Source: Balanoglossus misakiensis
Taxonomy: Eukaryota > Animalia > Hemichordata
Direction: 5' to 3'
Assembly (NCBI GenBank): GCA_040954595.2
Contig: CM082585.2
Location: 2,758,902-2,822,901, forward strand
Length of the DNA: 64,000 bases
Shown here: in pieces, positions 53,087-64,000 of the stretch
Layout: the number at the start of each line of letters is the position of its first letter
Numbering within the stretch: the stretch's first letter is position 1
Translations under genes and position numbers: made by a program
Notes under the pieces: generated by a model
The model's input: only the letters and a program-made list of their open reading frames with translations
Told to the model about the DNA's origin: nothing
Databases searched by the model: none

Positions 53087-55492
53087 TAGTGGAGCGGCCA
53101 AACCCTAATTTTCATAGCGATTGTGCATTTTGTGATAAAAGCACCAAACTTGGCTCAGATGTGTGTTAATGTGAAGTAAACAAATTCAGATAGCGAGCCA
53201 CTAAATATCTGTTGATGAGTTTCCATGGCAACCGATTTTTCAAAATGGCCACCAATACAGATAATTTCACCCACCAAATAACAACTGTAAACACCAAAAT
53301 AAATTTAGATTACTATATTTGATACAAGGAACTGTGTAAAGAATGATTTGCAAAGATATTATGGTTACTAAACTACTTATAGGGGTAAGTAAGTTATCAA
53401 AACACAATTTAAAGGCGCAACTTTTAATCCCTTTGTTCTCGGATTAATAGGTGCTCCTCTAGAAGTGAAACCATACTGTCTATCGTCAAACATTAGGCTA
53501 ATTGCGATATTTAACTTGCAGTACATAAATTACACGTCATATGAATCACAACAGTTTACCACCTTAGCCAATGATAATCATATTAACAGATCACCGATAT
53601 ATTCGAATTGCACACGGATGCGGGCTTAGCTTACTCGTGACTGGTAAAATTTCCTTATCAACTGAGAGTCCACTGCCCGAAATAGACGTTGATCCAAACT
53701 GAGTCCACGGTCGTCGCGTTTATTGGTCGACAGACATACACATAGGGCCTCAAACGCAATGCAATCTAAATGGACCCCGGGTAACAAACCATGCGAAAAT
53801 GTTGGCTTTGTTTCGACCACAATCGCGACCGCAGCGTTGACAACGTTTTTTCGGGGCGTTGATGTTTGTCAAAATGCCATAGGAAATTAAAGAAACTTAA
53901 GTCGAATTGCTGAAACGTTAATAATCGACCATATGTCTTGATACTTTAGATCATGTATCAGTTCGACTCCAGCAATTTTGGCGACTGTTAACAGAGTTGA
54001 CCAAAAGATAAATGGCGTCTATGATTCCAAACTCATAAAAATTACACCGGGGGACACAACATTATTTTATTTGTCGAGAATAGTGTTCATCATGCCATAA
54101 ATATTGTCAAAAATGTGTGTTAATTATAAAAACCCAACTAAAGATACAAGCAGTTGGCCTTTAGATTGTCATGATACTGGCTTTCTGCCATCATTTTATG
54201 GGGAAGTGATTCTTTATTTGCATGAATCATTTGATGAAGATAAAATAGAAAAGCTAGATTCTGCACTGATTCAAACTGGTCAGATCAATTTATAAGGTTG
54301 AGAAACGAGATGCCGTTTTTTCCTGGGTTGCCTAAATTTGGAATTTTGTTCATGAAAGATATTTTTATGGGGAAAATAACGAATCAACTGAGGTTTACCT
54401 GTTAAACTTTTATCACAAAATGCCCAAATTTTATGAAAATGTTGTTTATGCCAGGTCACTATTATAATATATCTATGGTTATACAGTGTTTTAACTAAGT
54501 TTCTTGTAATCGTGGTTATTACCAAACTTGAATTTCTTTAGCGACTGAATCTCGATCCTGTATTTACCCCTTTAACTAGTTTAGTGATGATAAAAATTTT
54601 AGAAATTACTCTTTGAGCAGTTTCTTGTTTCAAATTTTGTAATATGAATTTACTTTGGAGTTTTATAATTGTTATTTTGTGGGTGAGATTATCTGTATTG
54701 GCGGCCATTTTGAAAAAATGAAAAAATAGTTGCCATGGAAACTCATCAACAGATATTGTGGCTCACTATCTGAATTTGTTTAGTTAAGCAATAAAACACC
54801 CCCAGCCATGGTATATCACGAGATTTTGACCAGTTCACGACATATACGCACGAGCGATAGCGAGTGCGTATATGGAGTTGAACTGGTCAAAATCGAGTGG
54901 TATACCATGGCTGGGGGTGTTTTATTGCTATTATATTATGCCAGTATATTGAAACTTTGCATAAAACATTTTAAAAAGGCATTTTCTTTAACTATGATAT
55001 ATGACTGTGGTATATGGCTAATATATCACGGTCACGTGTCGTGTCTCGACCAATCAAATAGCGTGATTTACACCATCAATATACTGGTATAATATAATAC
55101 ACATTAATGCACATAGCCAAGTTTGGTGCTTGTATCACAAAATGCACAATCGATTTGTTATGCCGCTGTACTGTAGACGTTAAACTGTGTTTTATCCTTT
55201 ATTCTATATTCAGAACTATTTCGGTGACCACAAATACCCTTTCTATAGTTTCTGGTTTCAAATATCCTAATCTGAAAGTACCTTGGTGTTCTTTAGTCGT
55301 TATTTTGTGTGAAAGATTAATGTAGTGGCGGCCATTTTGAAAAATGGTTGCCATGGCTACCCGTTAACAGATATTAAGTGGCTCGCTATCTGAATTTGCT
55401 TAGTACACAGTAACACACATCTGAGCCAAGTTTGGTGTTTTTATCACAAAATGCACAATCGCGATGAAAATTGGGGTTTGGCCGCTCCACTA
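53087..55492. mobile_element. Academ-like non-autonomous element with both ends, TSD ATA
   Basis: TAGTGGAGCGGCCAAAACCCTAATTTTCAT...ATGAAAATTGGGGTTTGGCCGCTCCACTA; ATA at 53084-53086 and 55493-55495; empty site near 48960. Confidence 0.85.
54785..55098. mobile_element. Small hairpin-ended insertion, resembling non-autonomous Crypton-type elements
   Basis: Interrupts tttagt/acacatt, which is contiguous at 46981-46993; contains ~52-bp inverted arms (54785-54836 and 54880-54930); no clear TSD. Family assignment is tentative. Confidence 0.65.
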
Positions 55493-57726
55493 ATACTACA
55501 TGCCAAGGGTGACTAGAATTTTTTTTTTTGGGGGGGGGGGAGGGGGCGATGCAATTCTGATACATGTACTTCATGATTTAGAGATCTGGTGAAAATCCTG
55601 TCAACCGAATTACAGGGAAATCAGATTTTCCATGGAAAATCATTTTACCAAAAAATTTCAAAAAGTGTAGAAAATAAATTTGAAACAGAAAGCCTACTCA
55701 AAATCATACCAAAATTTAAATTTTAATGCAGTTGGGCAAGCAATTTGAGAATGAAGAAACTTAGAAATAATTTATAAATTGAAAATAATTTACAAATGCT
55801 GCACACAAACTTACAATCACTACCATATTACTGTACAAGTTAAAAGGACATTGTACCAGCAGAGACATTGCGATCGAGCAATCCCCAAGATATACATGAC
55901 ATGGTCTAATTACAAATATTGAATATGTAAAATAAGTACACAACACTTCCAGTCTTTCAGTACAGTCAGCTGCTTGTGAACAATTTGCAGGTAGGTATTT
56001 CATCAAATTTACAGACCAAGTCATGCCTATACAATTCTCCCCTGAAATACGTTTTAAGCTACCCTAAGTGAGTGATGAAAATCTCATACGGTCGACAATT
56101 TCAAGATGGCCGATTTTTGCCATGTTAAAGAAATGGGAGTTCATATGCTAAAGTGATGATGGGTCATTCTGGAACTTTTTAACAGAAAAAATAACAAAAT
56201 GTGAAAAACAGTTTAATGGGTTTAATATGCTAACTACAGAGACAGACATGTTTGACCAAAGGAAGTCATGAAATACAGTAAACATATCATTTCTTCTATC
56301 TCTTACTACAGTTGGTTGTGAACTTTTCGCCCAGAATGCAATGGGATTTGACCCCCTAGCGCAAAGTGAAAACCTATTTAAAGCAGCCAGAATTTTCTGC
56401 ATAGTATGACGGAAACATTTGTAAAGTCATGGGTAGCATGGGTTGGCAGGTTTATGGGACCCTGCTCATGTTCCCTCGAATAAAACATGATACATGTTTG
56501 GTGACTTATTATTCTGTATTTTGTCATATTTTCAGATAAATCCCTATCAATCAGTCATATTTGTTCGGCCTTGCTATACAGCGAAATATAAATCTTGTTG
56601 ACTGAAATTGTTGAGGATAGTGTTACATAAAGGTTACCCATTGGAAAATATTAAAATGATTATTAGTGGTGTCCAACTCTTCATGATAACCAGTTGTGGC
56701 TTGCCACCACCATAATTTTGAAAGGGCGACTTCACTGTTTGATGGGAAAAGGTAGCATTTACAAACAAGCTATGGAGCATGTATACAGCAAGTTGTGCTT
56801 ACCGGAAAGCGGTCTTGGATCAGGCCTAGGTATTCTCTCCCTCCTCCGGCATACGTTGAAATGCTGTGTTTAAGACTGTGAATCAAATATATGCATATTA
56901 ATAAGTAACCAATCAACCTTGCTTTAGAATTATGTGGGCAATACTAAATAGTGAAAATATGCAAAACATGGTATAATATAGGGTCAGAAAAAATATCCAG
57001 CCTGTTTGTGTCATGATTTACATTTTTATTTCTGACCTAAATTATTGTTTTTGTCACTTTAAACAACATTACTCATTACTGTCCTTCATAAGTCTAATAT
57101 GATAATAGACTTCTTAGCCAGTTTGATTAAGCATGGTGTTGGACTAGCGCATGTTCAGCCAAAGCTACAGTATCTCCCTGTGTATTGGTATGGGAGTAAT
57201 TTTAGCTATATGTTTAAAGAAATGCATCCAAATGTATTCTATGCTCCATGTGAAGATTTGAACTTGTGAGTTGTCCATTTAATTCATGTCATCACTACCA
57301 TATCACAGGCAATCAAGGCCAGAATTCGAAGGGGAAAAAACAAGTATTGAAAGCTGGAATGTGTAAATTAGTTCGTAGACATACATTGCTTCCTATTGTA
57401 CCGTTTGCAACGCGTGATAAAAGCAAATATATAGCAAGTCATGCTTACCATTGAGCGGTCTTAAACTCGCCTCGGACGAGGAAGAGAATCCCGAGTTGAA
57501 ACGCAGACATTTTCAGGCAGCATCTGTGAATCAAATAGACATAGAAGTTAGTAACCAGTCATAGTAGCTCTGCGTGGCAGGGCTGCGTGTTAACAGCTAT
57601 GCCATAGCTGACACTGGTAGCTTATAACAGTCTCGATGGTGCCGAAAATCTCCCCAACAACAAAACTAATTCTGGTCAGTTTATTCGCTATCGCTTTGCC
57701 TTAAAAGTTATACTGTAGTGTGTTAC

Positions 57727-58149
57727 CACAGGGGGCTCTCCCTCCGCGATTTTATTGTTTGTTTGTTTGTTGTTGTTGTTGTTGTTGTTGTTGATGATTG
57801 GCATTATAAACAAATACATATTTCTTTATTAATAAATATGGTTTGTTGACATGTAAGTGTTAGGGAAAATTCAACGGTTAGCATTAGTGTTGGCACTTTT
57901 TTCGATCCACGGCCCCGGGCATCACTAAGCCACGAAGAGAGGGTGATGCTGGCCGTGGATCGCAATAATGCCAACACTAATACTAACAGTTGAATATACC
58001 ATAACCTGTCAAATATACCCTAATAACCTAACCCTTACATGTCAACAAACCATATTTATTGACAAAGAAATATGTATTTGTTTATAATGCCAATCAACAA
58101 CAACAACAAACAAACACACAATAAAATTGCGGAGGGAGAGCCCCCTGTG
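57727..58149. mobile_element. Fold-back MITE with CA...TG ends and 7-bp TSD (P-element-like)
   Basis: CACAGGGGGCTCTCCCTCCGC...GCGGAGGGAGAGCCCCCTGTG; GTGTTAC at 57720-57726 and 58150-58156; nearly the whole element is an inverted repeat. Confidence 0.85.
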
Positions 58150-61100
58150 GTGTTACGGTACCACCTGCCCCACAATGACAAAGCTGACTCGAGGCCACGA
58201 ACGACGTACAATTTACTCGCACGGTGTAAAACAACGCATGAATTCCATGCGACTGTGAGTTTACTGTTCGGCGCTGTAACGCTTCCCAAAGTCAGAATTT
58301 CGATGTTGGGAAGACACTGTCGCCCTACCACTACCAGTTTTTGCAAGAAGGAGTGTACATGTACTTGTAAAATAACATTAAATGCCATGCTTACCAGAGA
58401 AACGACTTCATCAAGCATGGAGGCGACCGGGACCTCCATGCTTGATGAACGTCGAAGCTGCAATGATTTTTCAAATGCAATGGTCAGCGGTACGAGAACG
58501 AGGCAGCACCTGCTCGTCAATTATGCAAATTAGTTACTACTCAATCAGAATCTTGCTTTCGCATTCTAATTAGTCAAAGTATGCAGTGCAACGTTTGTGT
58601 GCGGGTGGAGAATGCGCCTCGCCAACTGATGAATTCTCTGTCACGGCGTTCTTTGGAAGTGCGATTATGTAACCGATTATCTCATTAGGGACATAGATAA
58701 TATATTTTGTCTTCTTCAATTTGTTTGTACTACGAAAACAATTGCGAAACGAATAGCAAGCGCTTACGCTATGAAACGTAAATAAATATCAGTCATGGCC
58801 ATGTAGAAACGGAACGTCAATCCGCATTTGTCAAAAAATAATAGAAAAGACAAAGAAGCTGAGGGGAATGACCTCTCCGTTCTGACCTATCTGGGGAAGG
58901 CCTATTGCAATACGCAATATGTCAGATCATGCTACCATCCGCCATTCTGATTGGACGAGAGCTCAATCCATCGATACGAAAGTACTCAATAGAGCACTGC
59001 TGAAACTGGCCCTGAACTAATCGCATGCAACAGGGAAAACGCGACCTTTCAAATCAAATAAATACAAAAAATACAGCCAATGAATTTACGGCCGGCCGGT
59101 TTATTTCTTAACTGCTCTATAGGAATTGTTGTCACTGCCATGGACCACTTCGCGGATAGCATAACACAGGGTGTTGTGGGATAGTTTGCGTTCTGAGCGC
59201 GTGCGTTAGCCATGCAGTAGACGCTATGTTGAACGCAAATTATACCATCATGCATTGCAGATACCCTATCCGCGTAGTGGTCTATGCACGATGCATGTCT
59301 TGTCAGTGCGCACTCGACAAATTGGACCGTTTCTATAAAAAAATATGAACTGTGACTTTTGATTTTATTGAGAAATGTCTCTCGAATTAAACCATGTAAC
59401 GTAAATCAAGGAAATGTATTCTGCTAAAGTTGCTCCTGACGGGTTCGCTGAAACATTGTGTTATTGGTAAAATACGTCAAGTGTAAAATATTGAGTTACC
59501 TAATATGATAAAATATCAGATTTATGTGTTTAATCAAGATAGGCCTCTCTTCATATGTTTCATTTATTTGGTTTGAATAAAAGTTATCTGATTCAGTTTC
59601 ATGAAGTATACACGGATTAAATGTTTATCCACTGTAGTGCCACTGAAATGGCTTTCACGTTTGAGACTTCGGGCGGTAATCTTATATTTACTTTCTTCAT
59701 TTCTATTGGAGTAGACTACACCGGGGTCGACCTAAAATATCTATAAGCAATGCGCAAAGGGAGTATTTCAGCCGTGATGACCGGACGATGTCGGACAAAG
59801 TCTACAACTTAATACACGATCACCTCCAATTTGCATATGTCCATAAATGGCTAAACTTGCGTATCCTAGTGTTCTAAAGAACAAATGGTGGCGCTCTTAT
59901 TGTCGCGTGTGCCACCTCCTGAATATTTGTGATTGGCTGTATCTCAATTTGCCATGGTAACTGTAGCTAAATTTGCATAGGTTACCGTATACCTTTAAGG
60001 CACGTCAAGCGTATGTCCTTGTTGGGCTGTCTGACAGGAACGAATCGAGACCCACCGCACAGTCACGCAATAATGAAATCCACATCGCCAAAAACGATGT
60101 TTCACTAGACTCGGGTACATGCAACTATCTCATGCCATTTACAGAATTGAACACCCCAGGCAATGTTACGTGTTGCTCCATGACTGTTGCTCCATGACCA
60201 ACCAAACAGCAAACAACAAACTCATGTCCAAACCAATGACGGTCGCAACTCATTGCATTAAACAATATAGATGGGGATCCCAAAGAATAATTCAAATATA
60301 TTTGCAGAATTGCCACGCAAGTCGAGCATATTGTCCAAATTTAAGCACTCTGCAACTGAAACATAAAACCCAAGCTTTTTACAATACAGGAATTAAAAAT
60401 TCTGATTGAATTAATGCCAACATAAAACGAAAAAAGACAACTCACAAAATGTATATGTAGTGTTTCATGTAGTGTTTTGATCTCAAGAAGACATGAAAAA
60501 ATCGTCGGGGGAAAAGCAGGTGAGAACACCACCTCATTTTTGGGATATGAAATAAAAGTCTATTTTACGGAGACACCTGGTAAAAAGTCCACCCTAGTCT
60601 CAATTTTCCAGACCCCTCTGGGATAGTCGAGTAGTCCATCCCCATGAAACTGCATATTTTAAAATAGCCAAAATGAGTCAATGGGGCATTTTTTCATCCT
60701 ACCTCAACCTTGCTAAGAGTTTCCGTGCCAGTCACCTGCAAAAATTAAATTTACCACGGACAAATTGAAATACAGCCAATCGAAAAAAGTGCGCCACCAC
60801 ATGGTCATTTGAAGACTTTGATGCTCTCTTCTGGCCGTAACCGCATGTGATCCGGAATAAAATTGAGCCTTGATCGCGTTTTTTATTTTATTTTCACCAC
60901 CAACGAAAATCTACGACGGCCCAACCGCAGATTATTGCTGCTCCATACAACAACCGGCTTATACTGTACATAAGTTTTGTGTTCTGGTGGCATTTGCGGG
61001 TCTGAGACGTCATTTCTAGAAGGCCCTATTCGTTTTATACCAATAACTTTTACCACCCATGCTGGATTTTTTACGTTTTCTTTGACGACGCTTGACCCTT

Positions 61101-61420
61101 TTCTTGCTTTGTTGTAGTCTTGGTTACCCAGATGCCTTTGCAAAGGCGAATGGGTAACAGAGACCAGCTTTGTTGTTGGTAGTTTGTTTGTTCGTAACGT
61201 CTGTAACTGGGATTCTTCACTTGTGGAATATACTGCTTATTTCTTGTGTATCTGCATTTTGTTGATGCTGTCGCTCCTCTGGCAGTGAAGCAAGGGTGCT
61301 AGCTGGGACTGTTCGGGATTTACTTCCGGGGGCGGAGGATTTTCAGGAGGGACCGCCCATTTTCTCCAAGAACAATTTAGGGAGGAATAGACATAAAAAT
61401 CACAATCCTTTTGGGGGGAC

Positions 61421-63200
61421 CATGGAAAAACCCCAGGAAACTAAGGGGTACAACAGATTTCCTCCACAATTTACTGGGGTACGTCCATGGAAAAAACAAT
61501 CACCAGGAAAATAAAAAATCCTCCGGCCCCACCCTGGTAGTTAAATCTGAACAGTCCCTAACTTTTGTTTGTTTGTTTGCTTGTTTATTTGTCTGTCTGT
61601 TTGTGTATTCTATATTATGTTATATGAAGCTTCTGCTACATTTTGCATTTCCTTTTGCATAAACAATGACTAAACCGACTGGAGCGCGTTTGGGCGCAGG
61701 ATAGATTTAAGAGTTAATCCATCTGTGTTTACCGGCTAAAACCGTTCGATTTTTGCAACAAGTGAGACCGTAGTAGTAATCCGAAGGCCAGTCAGTGCAT
61801 GTTTGCATGACTGGCGTGTAGTGATACCTACCACAAAATGGTATCGCCCAAATAATGTTTGCCGGAATTTATAAGCCTGGCGCTCTCCTAACAAGTCGTC
61901 ATGTTCGCCCTCGTAGTCATGCTGCCAGTCGGGGAAAATGACGTACTTCATGTAAAAGTTTATAAAAAATAAACCAAATTTCACTGCCATGTATCCCAAA
62001 ACAATTTATGTGACAGATTTTTAAAAAGAACACTAACTTCGGCTAAGGAATGTCAAGTCATAGCTCCGCGTTCAGGTCTGTGTGTTCCCGACGCACCACA
62101 GCCCTGCATAAGGCCCCATAGACAAAACTGGTGCGCCCTCGGTCCGGACCCGGACGCCCGACCGCAGCTTTTTCTGTCGAAATTCGTTTTTATCGAAGCA
62201 AAATCCTTTCCCTTACTACTTCAACCGACCCCAAATATGATGCGTTTAACTTCTTCTAACGTCCATGTAACGCCGGGAACACACAGACCTGCACGCAGAG
62301 CTAGTCAAGTCATGGAAAAACCCCAGGAAACTAAGGGGTACAACAGATTTCCTCCACAATTTACTGGGGTACGTCCATGGAAAAAACAATCACCAGGAAA
62401 ATAAAAAATCCTCCGGCCCCACCCTGGAAGTTAAATCTGAACAGTCCCTAACTTTTGTTTGTTTGTTTGCTTGTTTATTTGTCTGTCTGTTTGTGTATTC
62501 TATATTATGTTATATGAAGCTTCTGCTACATTTTGCATTTCCTTTTGCATAAACAATGACTAAACCGACTGGAGCGCGTTTGGGCGCAGGATAGATTTAA
62601 GAGTTAATCCATCTGTGTTTACCGGCTAAAACCGTTCGATTTTTGCAACAAGTGAGACCGTAGTAGTAATCCGAAGGCCAGTCAGTGCATGTTTGCATGA
62701 CTGGCGTGTAGTGATACCTACCACAAAATGGTATCGCCCAAATAATGTTTGCCGGAATTTATAAGCCTGGCGCTCTCCTAACAAGTCGTCATGTTCGCCC
62801 TCGTAGTCATGCTGCCAGTCGGGGAAAATGACGTACTTCATGTAAAAGTTTATAAAAAATAAACCAAATTTCACTGCCATGTATCCCAAAACAATTTATG
62901 TGACAGATTTTTAAAAAGAACACTAACTTCGGCTAAGGAATGTCAAGTCATAGCTCCGCGTTCAGGTCTGTGTGTTCCCGACGCACCACAGCCCTGCATA
63001 AGGCCCCATAGACAAAACTGGTGCGCCCTCGGTCCGGACCCGGACGCCCGACCGCAGCTTTTTCTGTCGAAATTCGTTTTTATCGAAGCAAAATCCTTTC
63101 CCTTACTACTTCAACCGACCCCAAATATGATGCGTTTAACTTCTTCTAACGTCCCCGTAACGCCGGGAACACACAGACCTGCACGCAGAGCTAGTCAAGT
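61421..63200. repeat. 890-bp near-perfect tandem duplication
   Basis: 61421-62310 repeated at 62311-63200 with only a few differences seen (ctggtag/ctggaag; gtccatg/gtccccg). Confidence 0.97.
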
Positions 63201-63441
63201 CAGTGCACTGTGCAGTCGGTCGGTACACTCTGCTGGTGTATACAAACGATCGTGGCGACAGAATCTCTCCCTGGGACGGCCTTACACAAATTTAATCGAT
63301 TGTCTAACAATTTTACTGCGACTTGTTGTCACGTCTTATACATTTCGTTGACCGGTGGAATATAGAGGTTCAGTCGTCACGCTGAACTGGCTCGAAACCA
63401 TTCCCCACGCTGATTCGACTCTCGCGCCCGGGATATATGTC

Positions 63442-63865
63442 TGTGGTAGCTCCATGGTAACAACCGCAAGGGGCCAGGTCATGTGATTGTGGGTTGCCTA
63501 TCATTTGCTATAAGGCGCCTTCTGATTGGTTTATATTCCCAGTAAATCTCGTAGAGTTCAGCGGGATCTCCATTGAGAGTTGGTCAGATGTAGTGTGAGG
63601 CGACAGCATAAAAAAACAAGTCGCCGTTCCCTACATCTGATTTTAATCAGATTGTGGTGGCTCCATGGTAACAACCCAAGGGGCTAGGTCATGTGATTGT
63701 GGGATGCCTATCGTTTGCTATAAGGCGCCTTCTGATTGGTTTATTCGCCCAGTAAATCCCGTCGATTTCAACGGGAGCTCCAGTGAGAGTTGGTCAGATG
63801 TAGTGTGAGGCGACAGCCTAAAAAAACCACGTCGCCGTTCCCTACATCTGATTTTAATCAGATTG
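63442..63865. repeat. 211-bp tandem repeat x2 with internal hairpins and a CCAAT box
   Basis: tgtggt.gctccatggtaacaacc...ctacatctgattttaatcagat starting at 63442 and 63653. Confidence 0.9.
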
Positions 63866-64000
63866 GGGACACCCCCTCCCGAACCCACCCCCTTCATTCT
63901 TCGCCACATTTCATTTATTGGCTGGTTTGTCTAGTGTACCAGGGCAGACTACTTGCCACCCCACCCCACCGATGCTTACTTTGAGTGGAGTGTCAACATT

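Larger units (their letters stand above)
42817..57571. repeat. Local tandem segmental duplication: copy A ~42817-51391, copy B ~51392-57571; older related sequence at ~38400-41750
   Basis: Both copies begin tctaagttgggt..tac..tcaccttgttaac and end tagaagttagtaaccagtcatagtagctct; long collinear blocks (e.g. 49020-50190 vs 55550-56985) differ by TE insertions and indels. Confidence 0.85.
39329..58457 (-). ncRNA. Putative spliced, structured non-coding RNA gene. Candidate exons in transcription order: 58457-58395, 57523-57449, 56875-56803, 51343-51269, 50085-50013, 40028-39944, 39430-39329
   Basis: Six exons share an acceptor ttt(g/c)attc(a/t)cAG and a donor G/GTAA(g/c)ca; no reading frame is conserved between copies; neighbouring exons are complementary. 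Transcription is not demonstrated. Confidence 0.6.

Noticed and set aside
46269-54525. Similar short ORFs at 46269-46732 and 54104-54525
   Set aside because: Shared only because they lie in two copies of one non-autonomous transposon; no transposase motifs seen
51269-57523. Spliced ORF MSAFQLGILFLVRGEFKTAQCLKHS... across B1-A1-B2
   Set aside because: The ATG is absent in the paralogous B2 exon (TTG) and the 73-nt A exon shifts frame between modules
58056-58533. Overlapping 153/154-aa ORFs
   Set aside because: They run through a MITE arm and microsatellite with no recognisable domain
61736-62889. Two identical 87-aa ORFs
   Set aside because: Identity results from the 890-bp duplication; the listed start is not an ATG and no domain is recognisable

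Overview
AT-rich eukaryotic (animal) genomic DNA, dominated by repeats. It resembles a marine invertebrate, but that is inference and the taxon is not established. 1-6007: 3' part of a Ty3/Gypsy LTR retrotransposon whose pol is broken by one nonsense codon. It is nested in a second Gypsy element (6008-7264) whose pol ends at RNase H just before the PPT/LTR, as in Gmr1-type domain order. ~11040-14900 (+): an intact spliced gene for a ~264-274 aa tandem OB-fold-like protein, seen only as fragments in the ORF track. 17405-32437: a 15 kb array of a 90-bp satellite with higher-order duplications, followed by smaller tandem repeats and a possible CACTA/EnSpm-type terminus at 35060. 35-58 kb: a locally duplicated region with several non-autonomous DNA transposons (Kolobok-, Academ-, P- and Crypton-like). 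The most striking observation is a series of seven 63-102 nt exon-like segments on the minus strand (58457 to 39329), each with AG..GT splice signals and no conserved ORF. Consecutive exons are reverse-complementary with wobble and compensatory substitutions, and a conserved stem closes across the predicted splice junction. This suggests a tandemly amplified ncRNA whose hairpins are completed by splicing. The window ends with 890-bp and 211-bp tandem duplications. No rRNA, tRNA or CRISPR array is supported. All gene models were read by eye and no database search was run.
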